Shown here: positions 1 to 10,936 of the stretch, piece by piece
How the letters are laid out: every line of letters begins with the position of its first letter
Numbering within the stretch: the stretch's first letter is position 1
Source: Octopus bimaculoides
Lineage: Eukaryota
Assembly: GCF_001194135.2 (NCBI RefSeq)
Contig: NC_068983.1
Span: 27,254,960-27,293,454, forward strand
Direction of reading: 5' to 3'
Length of the DNA stretch: 38,495 bases
Notes under the pieces: model-generated
What the model was told of the DNA's origin: nothing
Database searches by the model: none
Seen by the model: only the letters and a program-made list of their open reading frames with translations
Made by a program: the position numbers and the translations under genes

Positions 1-104
1 ATATATATATATATGGGAGAATATACAAAAAATAACAACAGACGAGGACAGGTGGTGTAAATAACAAAAGTATATATTAGTATGACGCTCGGGAATACGG
101 AAAG

Positions 105-141
105 TCTTTGACGTTTCGAGCTACGCTCTTCAACAGAAAGA
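105..141 (-). ncRNA. Minimal type I hammerhead-ribozyme-like motif (Penelope pLTR type), one core substitution
   Basis: Minus-strand RNA reads UCUUU-CUGUUGA-A-GAGC(GUA)GCUC-GAAA-CGUC-AAAGA. It has a 5-bp stem I, a 4-bp stem II, a palindromic ACGU stem III and a GUC cleavage triplet; the core differs from CUGAUGA only at A6>U. Confidence 0.55.
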
Positions 142-1294
142 ATACGGAGACAAGGAGAAAAACACGTAATATATATATATATATTACGGAAATGTACTTG
201 CATGGAAAGTGACCTGTTCTGAGATCGTGTGCTGAAACAAAAACAATTGCAGCGTTGAAGGTGTTTATAAGCCATTGACAAGTACAAACACCGCTAGATT
301 CACTTCAACTTTGAAATTTTATTTGCCAAAATATTTTCGTCGCTTTGAGACCGCGACCTCTTCACTAACAAAATTCCGTGCTGTGTCTGAGATGGTAACA
401 GTTAGTTGAAGATATATATATGTACGTATTTACGTATGTATGTATGTACTATGTATGTATGCATTTGTGTTTGCACGTATGTATGTATGTGTACATGTAA
501 GCATGTGCCTATGCATATATATACATGCGTATTCATGGACGCATGCCTATACTGATGTATGTATGTATGTATGTATTACGTATGTACCTACTTGTGTATG
601 TGAGTATTTAGGTATGTAAGTGTGTAGGGGGAATTAAAATTTTGAAATGCCGATTTCTTTGCAGATCCGGAATCTCCGCAGTCGAAAATGTGGGTTTCTG
701 TAAAAAAAGCACCCGCCCAAAAATCCAAAGGAGGTGTGGTCCATGTGCTTTACCTCCTCCGTCCAGGGCTTTAAGAACACCATATAAACTCCTCACAACA
801 TTATATATATATATTTTATAATTTCTAGACAATTTTTGCTTATTTGTATTCTACACGCGAGAATTTCATACGATTATGCAAAAAGACAAACGAAAAAATG
901 AATAAATTGTAGGGTTGCGTGATTTAATGCCTATTTACCTGTTATTTTTAGCACACCTAACGACCACATCAATAACAAAAAAAAAAAAATCAACGACACG
1001 TATTTTATAGTTTTAAGCAATCAATATTCATTTAATGTGATAAACAGCACATTACAAATTAAATATTTCTCAAAATAATAAATTTATAGCACGAAATAAG
1101 ATTTCTCCAAAAACAAAATAGCTCATTACAAATAGAATATTTCTAAAAAAAAAAAATACATCTCCAATCTTAACTGGATAACAGAGNNNNNNNNNNNNNN
1201 NNNNNNNNNNNNNNNNNNNNNNNNNNNNNNNNNNNNNNNNNNNNNNNNNNNNNNNNNCTTATGTTTTTCCGTTATTTTTCGTTTCCCCCCCCCC

Positions 1295-1620
1295 TTTTAC
1301 TTGTTTCAGTCATTTGTCGGTGGCCATACTGGGGTACAGCCTTGAATATTTTTAGTTGAACATATCGACCCCAGAATTTCTTTTTTCCGTTTTACTTGTT
1401 GCAGTTCTTAGACTGCGTTCATTTTGGGGCACCACCTTGTCGTCTTTTTAGACGACTGTATAGAACCCAGAATATTTTTAAAGACAAGTCAAAACCATCT
1501 CAGTGATATACTTTTTTTGTGTGTGTTTTTCGTTTTTACTTGTTAAATCATTAGAGTGCGGTAATGCTGGGGCACCGCCTCGAAGAATTTTTATTAGAAT
1601 GTATCGACCCCAGAATTTTT
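1295..1620 (-). repeat. Three tandem decayed 3' fragments of SINE family B
   Basis: Units start near 1295, 1390 and 1533 with TTTTACTTGTT and end at (G)ACCCCAGAAT. They match the family B tail seen better preserved at 11422-11630 and 31401-31465. Confidence 0.7.
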
Positions 1621-1680
1621 GCTTGGTGATTTTCAACCTGCGCACAAACTTAACCCTAGAAGGTCTCTCCACGTGCTAGA

Positions 1681-2640
1681 AATACCAAAACAAGTAAGAA
1701 AATCCAAACCGCTGGTTCTGATGTATTTGAAGGTTACCTTCTGCTGGCATCTTTACTTTCATTTGTTAAACTGCGAGAAAATTCAGCCGACAGGATTGCA
1801 CACTATGTATCAGTAGCAAAAGGCTTATTTGAATATATCACCTAAAATTATTCTAGTGTTTCTAAACGCTTTGTTACAAAGAAATTATCAGATGAAACAA
1901 GTGATAGGGCTTCTTTGAAAGGGGTTGAAAAATTTAGGATAGAAGTTCTAAATCAAGTCTATGCCTGCTTGATAATCCAGTTAAGCAGGAGGATGGAGCC
2001 ATATGAGCAGAGTGCGAAAAGGCTCAACTTTCTGTCAGAACTGGTGAACAATTCAGAATTTGATGAGAATAGTATCAAACTTATAATATCGCATTAAAAA
2101 GACGACATTGACCACAAAATAATAAAGGAGTGTTATAAGTTCAAAGAGTATTTACACCTTAGGAAATCGCAGAACACAGAAGAAAACACACCATCAAAAA
2201 TGCAATGCACAGAAGTTCTTCAGCTTATTTATGAGCAACAATTAATTGACGTGTTCCCTAATATTCATTTCTACTCTAGACACAAGGTCCCAAATTTGGG
2301 GGGAAGGGAGCAGTCGATTAGATCGACAGCAGTACGTAACTGGTACTTAATTTATCGACCCCGAAAGGATGAAAGGCAAAGTCAACCCCGACAGAATTTG
2401 AGTGTTCCATAATATTACTAGCGTATTTAAGCTGTACTTCTCAATGCCTACCACGATCTGTGAAGCAGAAGAGAATTTCTCAAACCTTTCCTTTACAAAG
2501 GATAAATTTCGGTCTACCATGATTGAAGAGTGGTTAAATTCCTTATGCATATTGTTTCTAGAAAATGATATTGCAAAGAAGATCTCATATGACAAAACTT
2601 TAAGGGAATACGTTGCTATAAAAAAAGGGTATTTTGTAAT
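1681..2640 (+). pseudogene. hAT-superfamily transposase remnant (C-terminal half with dimerisation domain), interrupted by a SINE
   Basis: Frame 1 reads NTKTSKKIQTAGSDVFEGYLLLASLLSFVKLRE...EKFRIEVLNQVYACLIIQLSRR...QQLIDVFPNI. After the insert it reads TSVFKLYFSMPTTICEAEENFSNLSFTKDKFRSTMIEEWLNSLCILFLENDIAKKISYD, matching the hAT dimerisation pattern FPNI..P.T.C..ER.FS.L..IK...RSTM...RL..L.IL..E.D. In-frame stops at 1843-1845 and 2095-2097. Confidence 0.85.
2266..2401 (-). mobile_element. 5'-truncated SINE family A with 15-bp target site duplication
   Basis: Matches the 3' part of the full copy at 24321-24537 and breaks inside the B box. Flanked by GTGTTCCCTAATATT (2251-2265) and GTGTTCCATAATATT (2402-2416). 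Confidence 0.85.
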
Positions 2641-3138
2641 TTTCATATGTATCTTAAATATAAGTTTTATATTAGATTATATGCATTACCCCATCTTTTG
2701 TTATATATCTAACATGCCAGGAAAGAAAATGACGCCCAAAAACAAAGAATGGGGCAACACGACACTCGACAAAATCTTATGTGAACTACAAGATATTAAT
2801 TCAAAACTCACAATCCTATTGAAAAAACTCAACAAATCACATTAAAATACATTATAAATAACATAAAGACAAAATGAATTCAAATTGTGATTCTTAATTT
2901 AACGCACAATGGTGAGGAAAATGGATGAGTTGTTGACGTTTCAAGCTGCTGCCTTTTAGCGGAATATTAAACAGATAGAAGAAAGGATAAGTATATGTAA
3001 AAGAAGGCAAAAGAAAAAGAATAAAGGCAGGCACAAAAATATAAATGGACACAAAGCACATATGCACGGCGGTTGTGGTGGGCAGAAAAGTTCCTGCTTT
3101 TAAGGGTGTCGCGAAAGGCCTAGTTATATATACAAATA

Positions 3139-3171
<33 letters not shown>

Positions 3172-3491
3172 NNNNNNNNNNNNNNNNNNNNNNNNNNNNN
3201 NNNNNNNNNNNNNNNNNNNNNNNNNNNNNNNNNNNNNNNNNNNNNNNNNNNNNNNNNNNNNNNNNNNNNNNNNNNNNNNNNNNNNNNNNNNNNNNNNNNN
3301 NNNNNNNNNNNNNNNNNNNNNNNNNNNNNNNNNNNNNNNNNNNNNNNNNNNNNNNNNNNNNNNNNNNNNNNNNNNNNNNNNNNNNNNNNNNNNNNNNNNN
3401 NNNNNNNNNNNNNNNNNNNNNNNNNNNNNNNNNNNNNNNNNNNNNNNNNNNNNNNNNNNNNNNNNNNNNNNNNNNNNNNNNNNNNNNNNNN

Positions 3492-3497
<6 letters not shown>

Positions 3498-3560
<63 letters not shown>
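3498..3560. repeat. (TG)n microsatellite adjoining a gap
   Basis: Direct reading of the sequence. Confidence 0.95.
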
Positions 3561-3564
<4 letters not shown>

Positions 3565-3768
3565 ATATATGTATGCATAAATGTATGTATAGTACTATCA
3601 CAAACCAGTATGATCAGAGGGATAATCAAACTGCTGACAAAAACGGTACCACTCATACACACCTTATCAACATTGCAGAAATTCTTTTCACGTGTTCAAT
3701 TATGAATCATGATAAGCTTTGAGACTTGGGTTCGGTGATTTTTCACTTTTTTTCTTGATTTCTTTCAG

Positions 3769-3860
3769 ATTGTGTATTTGCGATAACGACAACATGAAAA
3801 GAATGGCTGTAAAAGAATGAACGAAGCGAGACATCAAACAGGGTATTGAAAAGAATTGCG
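3769..3860 (+). other. Candidate non-coding (UTR or lncRNA) exon
   Basis: Long pyrimidine tract ending TTTCTTTCAG at 3768 and donor GCG|GTAAGC at 3861. All three frames of the 92 nt contain stops. Splice signals are the only evidence. Confidence 0.3.
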
Positions 3861-4373
3861 GTAAGCGATGAGAGAGCTTAATGGCAGTATCAAATAATTA
3901 ATACCCGATCTCAGCAAATGTATTGATATACAAACTGCTGTTTTTCATCCAATTTTTCATAGTATCTGTAGACGTGAGTAAACAAGTGCTGGGCTTCCAA
4001 ATATAGATGAACCTTATCGAGCTGTTCTGAATAATGTCCTCCAGAGAGACGTTGTTTTCATAACCACGCAGTGTATTTATGTATTATCCATACGCAAGAT
4101 TCTTATGTTAGTTTATAGAATGTCCAAACATTTGTAAGTCAATTCGATGAACAAGCGATTCATTTGTGTGAACAAGCAAATCAGCATTGTGAAAATTGAT
4201 CCATGTACTTTCACACACATGCGCAAACACTCCATGTTTTTCAAATGTAAATACAAGTGCGTATAACACTTATAATGCATATACACACGTGAAATGGTTC
4301 TAGCTATAATAACTCCTCTTAAAGAGACTTCTGAAAGAGGATTACGTATTAAATATGCAGGCATAGAACATGT

Positions 4374-4546
4374 TATAATTATCTACAGGTATCTCCGCTG
4401 CAGCGACTATTCACTGTAGCAAATATCGTTCACTTCGAGGATGACCAAATGGACAGATCCTGATGATGCTGCACCGACAGTAATGCAAGTTTGCATGTTC
4501 ACAAATAAGTAGTCGCTACAACGGAGACAGCTATAGGTCATTATAA
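4374..4546. mobile_element. Decayed MITE-like element with about 38-bp imperfect terminal inverted repeats
   Basis: Left arm TATAATTATCTACAGGTATCTCCGCTGCAGCGACTATT; reverse complement of right arm TATAATGACCTATAGCTGTCTCCGTTGTAGCGACTACT. Confidence 0.5.
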
Positions 4547-4939
4547 TATTGTGTATATAACTATAAAATAAATTTTGTGGATGTACAAATCTCCATATTC
4601 TTTATTATTGTTAATATTAATATGCATTCCAGACAATTTTTACTGTCCACTGTAAGGTACAGGGAATTAACCATGGAAAGAATTCACGGAGTGATTGATA
4701 ACTAATTATACTTACGGACGTTAAATACTGATCGTTGTGATTAGCCGTTAACTTGAACTTAACTGAGAGCTAATACGGTATCTGCCCGGATAATATATCC
4801 CTCCAAACTCATATGTGTGTATATATATAATGGTATCTATATCAGCTTAAAGCGAAAGGCCATCACCGCACAAGGACTAAGGAAATTAGTCTAATAAAGG
4901 GGCATATAATACTTCGACGGAAGAAAAATGACTTTCCTT

Positions 4940-5012
4940 TCCGCGTGGGACTCGAACCCACATCCCTTTGTTAACGCGACTAAGTGTGTTAACTTTATAC
5001 CAGCGAATTAGC
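4940..5012 (-). mobile_element. tRNA-like SINE head or tRNA pseudogene
   Basis: Minus strand has a perfect T-arm GTGGG-TTCGAGT-CCCAC containing B box GGTTCGAGTCC (4948-4958). The A box is degenerate and I find no convincing acceptor or anticodon stem. Confidence 0.55.
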
Positions 5013-5299
5013 CTTCCTGTTTAAGAACTGCATTAGTTTGTATTTGTTTTATGTAAACAAACTTTCTTTATGCTTTCGGTGCGAATGGTTTTGTCTTACG
5101 GTGCTGTGTCGTACAATCCTGTAAATAAGAGTCATTGCACGGTGATTGCCAGAAACGTTGAGCTTATATAAATACCATTATTATTATTTCCAGGATTTTG
5201 GTACAATCCAAACTTCTTTATCACGTTAAGTGGTAGACGGTCGAAATCGGAAGTAGAAAGACAGGCAGGCTATAACAAGCGCATGGACGGTATTTATAT

Positions 5300-5384
5300 G
5301 AAAAGTTGCATGTGCAATTTAGTTGATAAATGCATCTTACACGTTGATTGAATCATGTAAATCGTACATGCAATGCAACTCTTC
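5300..5384. repeat. Short imperfect inverted repeat (possible MITE relic)
   Basis: GAAAAGTTGCATGTGCAATTTAGTTGAT versus reverse complement GAAGAGTTGCATTGCATGTACGATTTACATGAT. Confidence 0.35.
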
Positions 5385-6949
5385 AAAGGCATACATTCGT
5401 TACGCTAGATATCGTTCGGTATTCTTTCTAAATCATATGTCTGTGTGTCTGTGAATTCATTGACGTATGTATGCACTAATGTGTGTATGCATGTATGCTA
5501 CCCGCTTCCTTTTTTTTATATATATATATTAGAATTCGTGCCAGTAGGACGGTGCTGTTAATGACATAAATATCATGTGATGAACTTTGATAAAGCCTTC
5601 CCGGTTTTTAATGTTCTATTTGCAGAACATATCCCTAAAGTCTGTAAGCCGGTCTCTTTCTTTGTCTGAAATGATAAAATTTCCACAGTCAATAAAACAT
5701 TTCCTATCATTTATATCAATTAATGGTAAATGTGTGAATGTTTGTTCTTGTTGAGTTGCTACCTCTCTCTCTCTCTCTGTCTCTGTCTCTGTCTCTCTTT
5801 CTCTGTCTTTCTCTCTGTCTCTCTCTCTTTCTCTCTCTCTCTCCCTTTCTCTCTCTCTACCCCTCTCTCTCTATCTCTATCTATCTATCTATCTGTATAT
5901 GCGTATGTGTATGTATATACATATATATATATATANNNNNNNNNNNNNNNNNNNNNNNNNNNNNNNNNNNNNNNNNNNNNNNNNNNNNNNNNNNNNNNNN
6001 NNNNNNNNNNNNNNNNNNNNNNNNNNNNNNNNNNNNNNNNNNNNNNNNNNNNNNNNNNNNNNNNNNNNNNNNNNNNNNNNNNNNNNNNNNNNNNNNNNNN
6101 NNNNNNNNNNNNNNNNNNNNNNNNNNNNATACGTAGCCATGAACGACCAATATAGGGACCAAAAAGACACGCCTTGCTCTGTGCCTTGCCTTGCCGCTCT
6201 GTAACTTCCGATGATGAAAAACTAGGATCAATTCTCTTGTAAACACTTTTATAATCCCTTCTAGACAATTAAACATATTGATAGACTTCACAACATGAAA
6301 AATAGCTTTATCTCTGAAGAAAATCTTCCTAAATCAAACTTTAGCATTGTGGCTACTGAGACTAACTTTTGTTCACACAGTACCAGTTACGCATATTTAT
6401 CATTGTTAGATAATGTCTGAGCAAATACCGTGCGAAATGATTTTGTACGTCTAGATTTTTAGACATTTTCGATGAGAGGTGTAGCAGAAAATGAGCTCCT
6501 TGAAACTTGTAGTTTTGAAGTTTGTGGGTTGTGATAACACTAAATGGTAGCTAATGCTAGTGCTTCATTGAGACCGTTTTGGGCTTTTCAGTCATATGAA
6601 GTTCAGAGTCTGAATGAATGATTTAGATTGCATGACAGTTTTGCAGAATGCGAGATATGGTTAAGGGAATTAATACGTAACATTGTTTCCACATCTGTAG
6701 GTATGTGTGATTAATTCGTTCCATAATAGCCTTTTCAATGCAATCAATATTCTCCTATATTTCGGTAACGACATCGCGCATACACACACATAGAACACTC
6801 ACATACGAACAAACACACACACACACACATGATACAATGTTTTATGATATGCATATCAATAACTATATAAGTGTTGACTGCACATATATACTTACATATT
6901 TGAATAAATGTAACTATATCTATATATATATATATATATATACATATAC

Positions 6950-7018
<69 letters not shown>
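6950..7018. repeat. (ATCT)n microsatellite
   Basis: Direct reading of the sequence. Confidence 0.95.
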
Positions 7019-7019
<1 letters not shown>

Positions 7020-8289
7020 AATAGTAAAATAAGTACTTCAAAAGATATGCACCAGGTAGGGTTGGATAAACCTGTAGTTGTGGCCAATGGTATGAAATGG
7101 AAGAATGGCTAACAAAGTTGGACGTCGTGAGTTGCAGTGGGTTGTTTTAGGTTAAGAATATAGTTTCTGAGAGGGTGTAATATGATATTTAAGATCAGCG
7201 ATCCGGGTAAGATAGAAGTCTGCTAGACGGTTCCTCGATAGGCTGGAGTGAGGTGGAAGTGATATTGTAGTAGACTTACAGAAGTGGATGGCTGTGAGAG
7301 GACTGAAGATGGATTAAGGATATAGAATAAAGAAATAACAAAGAAAGCAAAAAATAAAAGTAAAGAAAAATAAATGCATACAAGCCGGGGTTTAGGATTC
7401 ACTAGCTATGGCTAAAGAACAAAGGGAGGAGAGCAGAGATACACAGAATTTAAGGGTATTCTGTGGATATTAGTTGCACGTTGGGGGAGGATACAGAGTC
7501 AATCCAATAATAAGATCTAACTTTTCCGGAATTGTAGCGTTAAGCGCGAATGGCTTATTTGGTACAGTGAACAGATATACGGTGTTGTTTCATGTTAGAA
7601 TATGTTATATGGGTTAGTGGGGACTGCTTGTAATATTAGGACATGTTTGACTGGAGTGGAAAACCCTGATAGTAACAGTAGAGTAATATTTATCATTAAG
7701 GAGTTCAAAGAAAGGGTGGGGTGTATAATAAACTGTACCTGGTATGGAGTTAAAGGAAAATCCAGATGGGATGCCAAAGAAAGCCAGCAGTAGGAAGTAG
7801 TCTAATGATTAACAATTTGGAATGTCATGTAGGTGGCGTTGATATTATTTAATTCGATAGTATAATCAATAATTGTGTGAATCAGGTAAAGCAATTCCAG
7901 ACAATATTCTTTCGTGGATAAGAGGTTTGGATAGTGTGCTCTATCTATTATTTAACAAATGCCGCCTAAATAACTGTACCTTGGTGTAAGAATTACTTAG
8001 TGGAATTGGAAAAGAACTGGCTAGAGTGTGCAGTTTGCTACTTCTAGGTTAGATATCATTGCTATTGCTATTGCATAATACTGGGTGCATCACAGATAGT
8101 ATGGTTAGTTCTTTCAATATAGCATACCATGCAAGTAGAGTAAGAGTGGTTGGGAGATAATGACAAAGAAGAACGAGACTAAGAGGACTCGGAACAATTA
8201 AGCAGATAAATCGACTTTTGGGTCAACAATAGAGGGAGTAAGATTAGATTGGACCTACGTTACAAACTATCATAGAGGTTCTTTTTAAT

Positions 8290-8840
8290 GTCGTTAAAAT
8301 ATATTTAATGAAGCGGGTAGCCTTATGTATACAGGAGAGACAAAGGTCTACTTTATTATTTATTTGATTTTCCCTATTTGAACTCTTTAAAATTTCAAAC
8401 AGCTCCATGCTGCAAAGCCTGCGCCCGTATCTGCTGTTTAAGTACGGTTTAGTGACCCTAATGATGTCCCAATTCAAATCAAATTTAACATTGTCGTACT
8501 TGAGCTCTCAAATCTTCGTGGCTAGAGAAGTCTTGCCTGCTCTTTGTTTTAATTTAAAGGAAAAACTGTGCTTACGTAAGCATTCCTTGACATTTACGGA
8601 TCAGCGGATATGGGTATAAGTATTGGTCTCTATCACAACATTACATTTGTGTACCATATTTACTGCTAGACATCGGCCAGAAAGTGGACATGACATTATT
8701 ATTATTATTATCATTATTATTATTACTATAACTATTTTTTATTATTTTCATTATTTTTATTTAGGTTCTTATTTTGACTGCGTGTTTTTTGTCATGGAGC
8801 AAGATTCACAGTCTTCTATTAAAAAAGTGTAAGAAACTGC
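8290..8840 (-). pseudogene. Penelope-like retroelement remnant: linker plus GIY-YIG endonuclease
   Basis: Minus strand, 8690 downward, reads in one frame CPLSGRCLAVNMVHKCNVVIETNTYTHIR*SVNVKECLRKHSFSFKLKQRAGKTSLATKI*ELKYDNVKFDLNWDIIRVTKPYLNSRYGRRLCSMELFEILKSSNRENQINNKVDLCLSCIHKATRF. This fits CPLxGxCL..VY..YIG.T..K.R..H..SF..T.LS..IW.LK..W.I..PY..CxLC..E..I..LN.R.EL..C.H. An FNR-TV/SCSM-like linker lies upstream of an (AAT)n run. Confidence 0.8.
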
Positions 8841-9747
8841 TGTAACGAGCTGACGATTATCCACTTATATATATATATATATATATATATAATTATGTGT
8901 ATTTCTTCTATCTTAATGAATAAAAATTCTTCGGATAGAATAAATGGGTTAATAGAAACCAATGTAGCAAAGAACACAAAATAACTGTGGTTAGCTCCTG
9001 TTTTTAAGGCAAGAACTCCTTGAAATTTTGGGTATTTGAGTATATTTAAGAATTTAAGGATTGGAGAAAACGCATGTTATAATTGCATACTTTATTCCTA
9101 CATATGTTTCAAAGGATTACAACCTGTGTGATCCATAGGGATCTTTGATATTAAAATTGTAACCTTGTCCAANNNNNNNNNNNNNNNNNNNNNNNNNNNN
9201 NNNNNNNNNNNNNNNNNNNNNNNNNNNNNNNNNNNNNNNNNNNNNNNNNNNNNNNNNNNNNNNNNNNNNNNNNNNNNNNNNNNNNNNNNNNNNNNNNNNN
9301 NNNNNNNNNNNNNNNNNNNNNNNNNNNNNNNNNNNNNNNNNNNNNNNNNNNNNNNNNNNNNNNNNNNNNNNNNNNNNNNNNNNNNNNNNNNNNNNNNNNN
9401 NNNNNNNNNNNNNNNNNNNNNNNNNNNNNNNNNNNNNNNNNNNNNNNNNNNNNNNNNNNNNNNNNNNNNNNNNNNNNNNNNNNNNNNNNNNNNNNNNNNN
9501 NNNNNNNNNNNNNNNNNNNNNNNNNNNNNNNNNNNNNNNNNNNNNNNNNNNNNNNNNNNNNNNNNNNNNNNNNNNNNNNNNNNNNNNNNNNNNNNNNNNN
9601 NNNNNNNNNNNNNNNNNNNNNNNNNNNNNNNNNNNNNNNNNNNNNNNNNNNNNNNNNNNNNNNNNNNNNNNNNNNNNNNNNNNNNNNNNNNNNNNNNNNN
9701 NNNNNNNNNNNNNNNNNNNNNNNNNNNNNNNNNNNNNNNNNNNNNNN

Positions 9748-9789
<42 letters not shown>

Positions 9790-9812
9790 TATATATATAC
9801 GTGTGTACGTAT

Positions 9813-9852
9813 GAGTGGTTGTGTAGTCAGTAGCCTGCTTACCAAACACATG
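9813..9852 (+). mobile_element. Short 5' head fragment of SINE family B
   Basis: GAGTGGTTGTGTAGTCAGTAGCCTGCTTACCAAACACATG resembles the reverse complement of the heads near 17100-17134 and 23260-23320. Confidence 0.4.
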
Positions 9853-9973
9853 AGCCTGGCTAGGCTTTAAAAGGGCGCATAAAAAAAATAAATATACTCA
9901 TATCAGATAGCCTAAGCGTTGAAAGCACACTACTACGCGTATAGTCCAAAACATATACCTAAAATCCAAGTAA

Positions 9974-10004
<31 letters not shown>

Positions 10005-10036
10005 CATACATACATACATACATTCATACATTCAAT

Positions 10037-10165
10037 GTTTCCGTCAACTAAATTCTCTTACATGTCATTAATCAGCCCGGGGAGTACTAGCAGACTCCTA
10101 TAAAAAATGCTGAAGAATGGTACTAAACCTGAAACCTCATTATTGCAAAACAAGCTTATTCACTT
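10037..10165 (-). mobile_element. Heavily decayed SINE family B head
   Basis: GTTTCCGTCAACTAAATTC...TCAGCCCGGGG...ACTAAACCTGAAACC...CAAGCTT aligns colinearly with 16999-17134. Confidence 0.4.
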
Positions 10166-10875
10166 CAAAGAGAGCAAATGGGCGTGCACATAACCTTACC
10201 AGAATGCAATACTTTTTTTACATTTATGGAATATGCATGTATGCATATATATGTGCGTGTGTAAACAACTAAACACACAAATTCATAACAATCCTATGGC
10301 ACACAGGTGCGCGTACGCACTCATATAATTTCAATAATTATAAGAAAATATTTGCATGTTAGCTGCAGCATGAAAATTTGCATCACTCGCTAGAACTATC
10401 GGTTTAAGGGAGGTAATTCCGCTGGATTATTCACCAGTTAATTTCTCTTGGTCCGTTCGCTGGTTTGGATTATACTTCTTGTACGTTTAATAGGGATATA
10501 CCCGCTATCGATTTATTTACTTGTGTATCGCGAGCATAATATTTGTGTAACTGTCGATACCACACAGTTTTTCCATGTTGAAGAATTCATACAGTACTTT
10601 CTATGGAATGTAACTTCGTGAATGTGTATTTGCAAGCGTGCGCATGTATGTTTGTGTGCGAGTGCATTATAAGCGGATATTGTTTAATAATGCTCTTATA
10701 GACATACTGACAGTTGATACTAACGGTAGAAGGAATTCACTATACATAACTATTCTAGGATACCGTTAATGATTTTATTAGCAGAGAGTTGGACACTTCA
10801 GCCAGTAGTCAGCCTAGTCAATTCTTATACATATCCATGTATCTAGCTATCTGTATATTTGTTTATCTTCCTCTA

Positions 10876-10936
<61 letters not shown>

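Noticed and set aside
333-376. Possible hammerhead on the minus strand (UUAGUGA-A-GAGGU/GUCUC-AAAG-CGAC)
   Set aside because: Both halves of the catalytic core are mismatched at several positions; only the stem II hairpin is convincing.
2931-2966. GAAACGUC-containing motif on the minus strand
   Set aside because: The 5' core reads CUAAAAG and there is no stem I. It may be a pLTR relic but is not supportable as a ribozyme.
2894-3722. Long ORFs crossing N runs and microsatellites (also at 5730-6291, 9098-9851, 19545-20405, 35083-36043 and others)
   Set aside because: They are open only because N and dinucleotide repeats lack stops; the translations are poly-X, YI, CV or HT.
8225-8280. Possible SECIS downstream of the Penelope EN (AUGA..AA..hairpin)
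   Set aside because: AUGA-to-AA spacing is 8 nt rather than about 10-12, and the 3' GA of the quartet is absent (CUAAU).
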